Source of the DNA: a bacterium
GTDB taxonomy: Bacteria; Bacillota_I; Bacilli_A; RFN20; CAG-826
Direction of reading: 5' to 3'
DNA: 34,397 nt
Assembly (NCBI GenBank): GCA_963638955.1
Contig: CAVHTL010000003.1
Location: 6,310-40,706 of the forward strand
The notes beneath the pieces are model-generated. The model was not told where the DNA came from, searched no databases, and worked only from the letters and a program-made list of their open reading frames with translations. The position numbers and the translations under genes were made by a program. Shown here one piece after another: positions 26,746-33,643 of this stretch (position 1 is the stretch's first letter; the number at the start of each line of letters is the position of its first letter).

Positions 26746-26773
26746 AGAAGGGGAGAAAATCGCCTCCCCTTCT
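26746..26773 (-). promoter_or_regulatory. Perfect 10-bp stem hairpin between the TasA-like gene and the signal peptidase gene
   Basis: AGAAGGGGAG-8 nt-CTCCCCTTCT. On the minus strand it ends 7 nt before the sipW ATG and is followed by CGUUCUU. Confidence 0.5.
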
Positions 26774-26801
26774 TTAGATCGCTTTATTCGTCAGCGGCTA
26801 T

Positions 26802-28010
26802 TTAAGAAGACGATTTAACCACGTATATGTGCTCGTCTTTTGAAAGATAGACGTCATAGGCTCCATCTTCCGAGCATTCGTAATTGGAATCACTTCCGGA
26901 AACGCCGTAATATTGGCTATCGTTTGAGCTCGAGATGGCTTTTATGGAATCACCCGCTTTAAGGGAGAGGCCGTTGAATTGGGCTAAATTCTGCGTGGCG
27001 TCATCTGGTTCACTCATCGCGTATTCTTGAAGCAATCCAACGGATGAATACCACCGATTGACCCCTTCTATGACTCCGGTGATGTAATAATCGGCGAGGA
27101 TTGTTGGCTTATCCGCGCCCCAGGTAACGGTGTATTTTTCGTTATCAGAAGCTTTTTCGTCGATCGTGGCGTAAGGCTTACTGGAATCATATTTGAGATC
27201 AACGGTTTGGTATGCGACTTCGCCGTCTTTTTTCGCCGAGAATATGATGTTCGTATAATCTTTAAGCAAGTCGAAACTGTAGAACTTGTCGGCAACTTTG
27301 TTCATGGCTTCACCTGGGAAGGTAGCGTTTTGCTTTGAGCCATTCCAAGCGTAGACATAGATATCGCCATCCCAGACGTTACTTTCGTTATACAAATACA
27401 CAGGGTTGGTGCTTGCCTCTTCATCGTTCCCGGATTTGTTCCAGTCGAAGGAGAGATAAACCGATTGCGTTTTCACGGTTTCGTAATACGGAGTGACGCT
27501 TTCATCGAGCGTCACGAATATTGAATAAATAGCCCCTTCAGCGTTTCCTGTAACGCTTATGGATGAAGAATGATTCGTTGCGCCGGCTGCAATTCCTCCG
27601 ATTCTCTCATCATTCGTTTCCGGTTTTGTCTCCAAAGAGCCTTTGTATACGTCGATGGTGAGGTAATCGTAAAGATAGGCGTCCGGCGCTTTTTCGCCAT
27701 AATCCGTCAAATCGGAAAGATCGAGTTTCAGGATACCGGTATATTCTTCCTCGTCCATCCCGCTCGCCTTCAAGGAGAGTTCGCCTACTTTTTGCGTGCT
27801 TCCAGAGGTGAGCCCAGAAACGGGAGCAATGGTGTTGTTGCCCCATTCAAGGGTGATTTTCTTGACCGTCTCATCAGTGAGCGAGCCAGGGGTGATCTTC
27901 GTGCCAAAAGGATTGGCGTTGTCATTGACGGCGTAGGCAGCATAGGTAATGCCGCCAAGCAAAGCAACGGCGCCTGCAGCGCCGCCTATGAGCATAAGCG
28001 AACGTTTCAT
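26802..28010 (-). CDS. Secreted TasA/CalY-like protein fused to carbohydrate-binding-like modules
   Basis: Likely start is ATG 28008-28010 (MKRSL; AAAGGAG 8 nt upstream). N-terminus ...ALLGGITYAAYAVNDNANPFGTKITPGSL resembles the TasA signal/mature junction (GGGTWAAFND...SGTL). Mid block IYVYAWNGSKQNATFPGEAM...IIFSAKKDGEVAYQTVDL. A further W/Y-rich C-terminal module. Confidence 0.6.
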   Translation of the reverse strand: MKRSLMLIGGAAGAVALLGGITYAAYAVNDNANPFGTKITPGSLTDETVKKITLEWGNNTIAPVSGLTSGSTQKVGELSLKASGMDEEEYTGILKLDLSDLTDYGEKAPDAYLYDYLTIDVYKGSLETKPETNDERIGGIAAGATNHSSSISVTGNAEGAIYSIFVTLDESVTPYYETVKTQSVYLSFDWNKSGNDEEASTNPVYLYNESNVWDGDIYVYAWNGSKQNATFPGEAMNKVADKFYSFDLLKDYTNIIFSAKKDGEVAYQTVDLKYDSSKPYATIDEKASDNEKYTVTWGADKPTILADYYITGVIEGVNRWYSSVGLLQEYAMSEPDDATQNLAQFNGLSLKAGDSIKAISSSNDSQYYGVSGSDSNYECSEDGAYDVYLSKDEHIYVVKSSS

Positions 28011-28101
28011 CAAAAAAGCTCCTTTCTTGGATTTGCAACGTTTTTCTTTGTCTTTATCCTATAACGCCTTTCTTCTCATCGCAATGGGCTCGAACTTATT
28101 T

Positions 28102-28130
28102 TTAATATGCGTTTAAAAATAGGATTTGAA
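28102..28130 (-). promoter_or_regulatory. Candidate promoter of the three-gene secretion cassette
   Basis: Minus strand TTCAAA (28125-28130), 17-nt spacer, TATTAA (28102-28107), about 90 nt upstream of the start codon. Confidence 0.3.
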
Positions 28131-28249
28131 CGCAATCGAAAGAACACCCATGAAATGCCTGCTTTTTATAGGAAAGGAACATTCCGCGGTCGCTTAATCT
28201 CTTCATGCAAGTGATATTACGAACTGGCTCTTTAGTACAAAAATCTATG

Positions 28250-28318
28250 GCGTAACCTCTAAAGCGAGAAAGGCATATTCCTCTTCTCGCCGCCTTTCTT
28301 TCGCTTTAGGGGTTACGC
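28250..28318. repeat. Long imperfect palindrome (about 25-bp arms, 17-nt spacer)
   Basis: GCGTAACCTCTAAAGCGAGAAAGGC ... GCCTTTCTTTCGCTTTAGGGGTTACGC. The arms are complementary apart from a 2-nt bulge and one mismatch. Confidence 0.7.
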
Positions 28319-28485
28319 TCTTTGGATCAAATAGAGGAAAGAACCTTCGGAGAGGTTTGATGAGTCTAATAAAGCAAGGAGTATAAAATCATACACAAAT
28401 ACCGATAATGACTAACTTTTCATTGATTTTGAGCCGTGATTATGGTAAAAAACCTGAATTTAGAAGAATCGTTGAAAATCTTGTG

Positions 28486-30192
28486 CTAAAGTTTGAATTT
28501 AGCAAAGTTTTGGATATCTTTATCAGTGAAATAATAGTTATCAATAGGCAGATTAATTAAATCGAAAATTGGTTTGTCTTTTCCCTTTTTGGTTAATAGA
28601 TTTATGTAATGGTTTTCGCCTTTGGCAACGTTGAATTTTCTGCAGAACTCAAAGATGCTGTTGGCGGGTATTTTGTCTTTCAGGATCTTCAGCTCCAATA
28701 TCCTCATCAAGAACAATGCGGTATAGCAAACCAGGAAATGGCCGTAGATCGTTTCTTTTTTCGATACATGCACGGGGCGGGAAACCAAATTGGTTTTGAG
28801 TATCCTGAACGATTCCTCGATTCTCCATAGGTTTTTGTAAACCGACAATATGCTTTCGTCTTCCATCTTGATTTCGGAAGTGACGATCATGTTGTAGCCG
28901 CAATATTTTAAATCCTCGTCGATCTTTTCCCGATTGATCAAGGCGGTGATGTTTTTGGAATTGATTTCGCCGTCTTCATCAACGGAAGCGATTTTGACGT
29001 ATTTGGCCAAATCGCCGAGATCTTTTCTTTTGATCGTCGACAGAGCCGCGTTTCGCAAGCTCTCTATTTCGTTGTTTATTTCCAGCCTGTGCTTGTCTTC
29101 CAAAGGTTTCGACCAATAGACGACTCTCTTTTGGGTTACGGCAAACGAGAGCTTCCGGCCGTTATCGTCGACAAAAGAATAAGGGAATTCGTCGACGCAT
29201 GACTTTATCTTGAAGACGGTCTCGCCGTTTTCTTTGGTTTCTTTGTACTGGCCTTGGATATCCACCCACACTTTTTCCTTGGCCGAGAGCTTTTTTACCG
29301 ATTGGGAATAGATGTATCCGTCGTTTTCTTTCGCCGCTTCGTAGATATTCCTGGCGCAATTCAGGCCTTTGTCGGCCACTTGAATGGTTTTGCCGGCGAT
29401 TCTGTTGGTGGATTTCATTTTGCTGATGATGTCTCTGATCTCTTGCCTTTCCGATTGATTGCCCGGATACATATGCATCGACAAAGGGATTTGATCTTCG
29501 TCCAAAAGCAAAGCCATGCCGATGATGGGGTCTTTCCTGTTTTCCTTGGAAGGCCCTTTCTGCTTGTCCTCAAACGGTTTGTCGATTTCGAAATAATAAT
29601 TGGTGCAATCGAAATAGACGTTGTTGGTTTTCCTTTTGTAAAACTTTTGGTAATGCGCATTCAGCATTTCGATGACCGACGGATAATTCTCGCCGAGGAT
29701 ATTCAAGCCGCCGAGCAACGAATCATAAGTCAAATCGAACCCATGGATTAAGGTGGGGATGGTTTCTTCGTAGGTTTTGCGGTTGGAAGAGGGGGCAATG
29801 ATCCTGGAAGCGATCAAGGCATAGTAGACATCGTATAGCGAATATTTGTTCTTTGAGCCGAAAGTAAGGTAAGAGAAATCCCGTTTGATGTCGAGCTTCT
29901 CCAAAATGGACAAAGGCAATAGATAGCCAATGTTCTTGATCGGCGATTCTTCGCCGATTTTTTTGGTTTTCATATTGATGGCGATTTCCTTTCTCTCGTT
30001 TTCCATTTTGCCAACGAGATCTTTGGCGTACTGCAATGGATCGGAAACGCCTTGCCTGATCAAATCGTCATGGTATCCGATGACTTTGATGGATTTTTGG
30101 GTGGCATAGCCCTTGTCTGGGTTATGAACGCCTTCATAAACTTGATAATAGACACCTTTTTTGGTCGCGGATTTTTTAAGGAAATAGCTCAT
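28486..30192 (-). CDS. IS1634-family (IS4 superfamily) DDE transposase
   Basis: Likely start is ATG 30190-30192 (MSYFLKK; GAGGTG 5 nt upstream). N-terminal KKGVYYQVYEG...KSIKVIGY pattern, YPGNQSE, VADKGLN, and YKNLWRIEESFRILK (Y-R-E-K signature region). Confidence 0.8.
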   Translation of the reverse strand: MSYFLKKSATKKGVYYQVYEGVHNPDKGYATQKSIKVIGYHDDLIRQGVSDPLQYAKDLVGKMENERKEIAINMKTKKIGEESPIKNIGYLLPLSILEKLDIKRDFSYLTFGSKNKYSLYDVYYALIASRIIAPSSNRKTYEETIPTLIHGFDLTYDSLLGGLNILGENYPSVIEMLNAHYQKFYKRKTNNVYFDCTNYYFEIDKPFEDKQKGPSKENRKDPIIGMALLLDEDQIPLSMHMYPGNQSERQEIRDIISKMKSTNRIAGKTIQVADKGLNCARNIYEAAKENDGYIYSQSVKKLSAKEKVWVDIQGQYKETKENGETVFKIKSCVDEFPYSFVDDNGRKLSFAVTQKRVVYWSKPLEDKHRLEINNEIESLRNAALSTIKRKDLGDLAKYVKIASVDEDGEINSKNITALINREKIDEDLKYCGYNMIVTSEIKMEDESILSVYKNLWRIEESFRILKTNLVSRPVHVSKKETIYGHFLVCYTALFLMRILELKILKDKIPANSIFEFCRKFNVAKGENHYINLLTKKGKDKPIFDLINLPIDNYYFTDKDIQNFAKFKL

Positions 30193-30232
30193 AAAAGCAC
30201 CTCGAAGATATTGTAGCACAATATAGCACAAG

Positions 30233-30261
30233 AATAAATAGCATTACAAAAAAATTGTCAA
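30233..30261 (-). promoter_or_regulatory. Candidate transposase promoter
   Basis: Minus strand TTGACA (30256-30261), 17-nt spacer, TTTATT (30233-30238), about 40 nt upstream of the transposase ATG. Confidence 0.35.
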
Positions 30262-30272
30262 ATATCAGAATG

Positions 30273-30302
30273 AAAAAAGTACCTATTTATTATTAAATAG
30301 GT
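30273..30302 (-). terminator. Intrinsic terminator shielding the transposase from read-through
   Basis: Minus strand ACCTATTTA-ATAA-TAAATAGGT (perfect 9-bp stem) followed by ACTTTTTTC, upstream of the transposase promoter. Confidence 0.5.
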
Positions 30303-30443
30303 AACCTCTATATCAATCCATATTTCCTTCTAAATTTTTCTTGTGCTAAATTCTAAAAACGGGGATAAGGTCGAGAAATGGGCCGCTTTTCTTTATAGCG
30401 CTCTATCTTTTTTCTTGCCTTTTGCCTATAATACCGGGTGATT

Positions 30444-31733
30444 ATGACGTTTTTAGAAAGTTTAAAGACATACTTGAGCGATGAAGAGGCGGAGAATCTA
30501 GTTTCTGCCATCGAAAAAGGCAGTCTCACCCATGGTCTTATCTTGAACACGAAAAAGATGAGCGATGAGGAATTCCTCTCCCGCTTCCCGAACGTGAGAA
30601 AGCATCCTTTCGTCGAGCACGCCTATCTTTATGACAAGAGTGAATATGAATTCGGAAAGAGCATGCTTTACGAAAACGGCGTCTATTCCATCCAAGATCC
30701 CGCCGCGATGATGCCGGTTTATTTCCTCCATCCAGAGGAAGATGACGTCATTCTTGACATATGCGCGGCACCGGGCGGGAAATCCATCGGCGCCTCTTTA
30801 TCGATGAACGACAAAGGTTGCATCGTCAGCAATGACATCTCCTATCCTCGCGCTAAGGCCATGAGCCAAAACGTCGAGAGAATGGGTAGAGGCGATATAA
30901 TCGTGGCGAGCAACGACTTCGTCTTCAGCCACATCCACTTCAAAGACACATTCGACAAAATCATCGTCGATGCGCCTTGCTCAGGCAGCGCGATGATGAG
31001 AAAAAACGAAATGGCGAAAAAAGAGTGGAGCTATAACAAAGTCAAAACAAACAGCAAGCGTCAGATCGAGCTCTTGGAGTTAGCCTACGGTATGCTTAAG
31101 CCAGGCGGATGCATTTCCTATAGCACTTGCTCATTCAATATCGAGGAAAATGACAACATCATCATCTCCATGAAAAATCGCCATCCGGAGATTGAACTCG
31201 TGGATCTTCCTTCTGACCCATCTTTCTATAGGACGAAAGAGGTTCCGGAAGCCGTCCACCTCTTCCCATCTCGTTTCGAGGGCGAAGGGCAATTCGTTTG
31301 CCTTTTCAAAAAGCCTGGAGAATTAGTGAAAAACAAGCGCGAGGTAAGGGAATATCCGCGTTACAAGGATTTCCTTGCCAAATATAACCTCTCTGATAGA
31401 AGCAATGAGGAAATGCGGCACAAATTCTATTCTCTTTACCAGCATTTCGATGCTTCTCATCTCAATGTGCTCCGCTACGGCGTGAAGCTTTTCGAGATGC
31501 GCGATATCTTTATCCCCGACCATCATTTGGCTCACTTCCTCTCGAGCGACTACAGCATCGAACTCTCTTTGGAAGACGCCAAAAAATACGTCCATGGCGA
31601 CTCTTTCCCGCTCGATAGAAGCGATGGCTTTTATATCGTGAGCTACGACAAGAGGAATCTAGGGTATGTCAAAGTGAGCCAAGGCACGGCGAAAAACCAT
31701 TACCCTAAAGGATTAAGAAGAGACTGGGAATGA
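30444..31733 (+). CDS. RsmB/RsmF-family rRNA cytosine-C5 methyltransferase
   Basis: SAM motif DICAAPGGKS, catalytic DAPCSGSAMMRKN and YSTCSF. ATG 30444 preferred over the GTG at 30438. No Shine-Dalgarno sequence seen. Confidence 0.85.
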   Translation: MTFLESLKTYLSDEEAENLVSAIEKGSLTHGLILNTKKMSDEEFLSRFPNVRKHPFVEHAYLYDKSEYEFGKSMLYENGVYSIQDPAAMMPVYFLHPEEDDVILDICAAPGGKSIGASLSMNDKGCIVSNDISYPRAKAMSQNVERMGRGDIIVASNDFVFSHIHFKDTFDKIIVDAPCSGSAMMRKNEMAKKEWSYNKVKTNSKRQIELLELAYGMLKPGGCISYSTCSFNIEENDNIIISMKNRHPEIELVDLPSDPSFYRTKEVPEAVHLFPSRFEGEGQFVCLFKKPGELVKNKREVREYPRYKDFLAKYNLSDRSNEEMRHKFYSLYQHFDASHLNVLRYGVKLFEMRDIFIPDHHLAHFLSSDYSIELSLEDAKKYVHGDSFPLDRSDGFYIVSYDKRNLGYVKVSQGTAKNHYPKGLRRDWE

Positions 31734-31758
31734 CGGGTTAACGCCCGTCTTCTTTCTT
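31732..31758 (+). terminator. Hairpin / possible partial terminator after the methyltransferase
   Basis: GACGGG-TTAACG-CCCGTC followed by TTCTTTCTT. It overlaps the TGA stop and lies just before the next gene's RBS. Confidence 0.4.
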
Positions 31759-31772
31759 CAAGAGGAGGAATC

Positions 31773-32534
31773 ATGATCACTGATAGCTATAAAGAAAACG
31801 AGACGCCGATAATATCCCCCAAGGATTTCTGCGCTGAAAAAGGGGAATACGCCGATATCTGCATAATCTTTTTTTCATCAGACGTTTACGAAAAAGCCGT
31901 AAGCGAATTCTCTACCACTCTTATTGGAACCGTAAGTCCATCGATCGCTAGAGAAAAGCTGCATCTAATTAACGGCACCCGCATCGCTTTTTACCGTTCC
32001 CAAATGGGGGGTGGAAGCGCCGCGATGATGATGGATGAAGCCGCATATATGAGTGGAGCAAGGAAATTCGTCCTCTTTGGGAGTTGCGGAATCATCGATA
32101 AAGAAGTAGCCAAAGGCAAAATCATCGTGCCGACAAGCGCTTATCGCGACGAGGGCTTATCTTATCACTACATCCCGAATTCCGATTACGTGGATATCGT
32201 CTCTTCTTCCTTCACCACTTCTTTTTTTCTTTCTATTGGGGTGCCCATCGCCCAAGGCAAAATATGGACGACCGACGCTTTCTATCACGAAACGAAAGAG
32301 CAAATGGAATTAAGGAAAAAGGAAGGCTGCATCGCCGTCGATATGGAAATTGCCTCTTTGGCCGCTCTTTCTATTTATCGTGATTATTCTTTCTACCCTT
32401 TTTGCTTTGGAGGGGACTTGCTTGATGCGCCTAGCTACGATTCGAGTTTCATCGCCGATAGCGAGGAGAAAAAGAGTCAAACCGGCGCCTTCTATTTGGC
32501 TTATCTGCTCGCTAAGAGACTCTCTAACGAATAG
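31773..32534 (+). CDS. Nucleoside phosphorylase, PNP/UDP family 1 (uridine- or purine-nucleoside-phosphorylase-like)
   Basis: 253 aa. FGSCGIIDKEV, PTSAYRDEGLSYHY and AVDMEIASLAAL resemble the family-1 phosphorylase active-site blocks. RBS GAGGAGG. Confidence 0.7.
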   Translation: MITDSYKENETPIISPKDFCAEKGEYADICIIFFSSDVYEKAVSEFSTTLIGTVSPSIAREKLHLINGTRIAFYRSQMGGGSAAMMMDEAAYMSGARKFVLFGSCGIIDKEVAKGKIIVPTSAYRDEGLSYHYIPNSDYVDIVSSSFTTSFFLSIGVPIAQGKIWTTDAFYHETKEQMELRKKEGCIAVDMEIASLAALSIYRDYSFYPFCFGGDLLDAPSYDSSFIADSEEKKSQTGAFYLAYLLAKRLSNE

Positions 32535-33372
32535 AGACGGCTTTTTTGCCTTTAAGAGGCACTTTCTCTTCGCCTGCGATGAAATAAGACGAGAGAAGGA
32601 AGCGCTCATTATAGACCTCTTCGGCGATCATCTTCTCAAATAGAGGGGCGAAATCGACGGGGAGGTATTTTTCGTATTCCTCTTTATATATAGGAGGAAG
32701 GAAAGTCAAATAAAGCGGATAACGCTTGTAATTGTTGTCTTTCTGAAGCGGCAGCTGCGTCCCGAAATTGGCGACACCGATCACGGGCACGCCGGCCTTA
32801 TAAAGGCTTTTGAATGAGCCTGGATGAAAAGCAAGAAGCGGCCCATCGGGCTCGCGGTTCCTTGTTCCTTCTGGGAAAATGAGGACGCTGCATTTTCCGC
32901 TTGCGAGTTTATCGGCGGTATCCTTCATCATCCTGACGCCATCTCGTAAATCGCCTCTATCGAGGAAATAACCATCCGTGGCCTTGATGACTTTGCCGAC
33001 GAAGGGGAATTTAAGCGTCTCTTTTTTGGCGACGAAGCTCACAGGCTCCTCGCACCAATAAATGATGCAGATGGCATCTAGATCGCTTAAGTGATTGGGG
33101 GCAAGCAGGAATCTTTTTCCCTCTTTCTCGAGCTTTTGGAGATTCTCAAGGCCCTTTATCTTCCAATCGAGTCGGAAATGGTCCAGAACGAGAATAAAAA
33201 GCTCTCTGACTTTGTCGTATCTTTCCTTGAGAGGATAACGCTCAGGATGGGCGGCGTAGCGTCTAATATAACGGAAGAAGATCCACAATATCTTCCATCC
33301 GCACTGCAAAATGATCCGTAGGTATTTAAACATCGCCACGATTCTAGCACTCCTCGCGCCTTTTCGCCCCAT
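32524..33372 (-). CDS. plsC: 1-acyl-sn-glycerol-3-phosphate acyltransferase
   Basis: Acyltransferase motifs APNHLSDLD (HxxxxD) and IFPEGTRN. The true start may be internal (GTG/ATG near 33330-33336, MFKYL), so the N-terminus is uncertain. Confidence 0.8.
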   Translation of the reverse strand: MGRKGARSARIVAMFKYLRIILQCGWKILWIFFRYIRRYAAHPERYPLKERYDKVRELFILVLDHFRLDWKIKGLENLQKLEKEGKRFLLAPNHLSDLDAICIIYWCEEPVSFVAKKETLKFPFVGKVIKATDGYFLDRGDLRDGVRMMKDTADKLASGKCSVLIFPEGTRNREPDGPLLAFHPGSFKSLYKAGVPVIGVANFGTQLPLQKDNNYKRYPLYLTFLPPIYKEEYEKYLPVDFAPLFEKMIAEEVYNERFLLSSYFIAGEEKVPLKGKKAVSIR

Positions 33373-33643
33373 TTTTTAGATAAAGACGTCCATAGGCTTC
33401 TAAAGAGGAATGGCAATCATCTCGCTTTCGGGAGAAATAGATCTTTATGGTTACACTCGAGAAAAGTGAAGCGTGTTTTTCAAATTCCGAAAGCTCTCGC
33501 TCGATTAAACGCATTTACGCTTATTCGCCTTGTCTTATCGAAAGTTGAAGCATCGTTTTTCATCTTTTCAGAGCGAAATCGCATGTTTTTTATCGTTTTT
33601 CGCCCGAATTGGTTTTCGCTGGGCTATTTCGCCATACAAAGAC

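Larger units (their letters stand above)
28479..30350 (-). mobile_element. IS1634/IS4-superfamily insertion sequence (envelope; exact ends unresolved)
   Basis: A single long DDE transposase ORF. A perfect 12-bp direct repeat TCTTGTGCTAAA at 28479-28490 and 30339-30350 brackets it. The octamer TTGTGCTA recurs inverted at 30214-30221 and 30224-30231. Confidence 0.6.

Noticed and set aside
28408-28569. Roughly 53-codon plus-strand ORF (MTNFSLILSRDYGKKPEF...) running into the transposase 3' end
   Set aside because: No RBS. It overlaps the transposase antisense and falls within the putative IS end region, so it is probably fortuitous.
32524-32534. 11-bp convergent overlap of the nucleoside phosphorylase and plsC stop regions
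   Set aside because: Short tail-to-tail overlaps are common in compact genomes. There is no associated structure, and it only means that no terminator lies between the genes.
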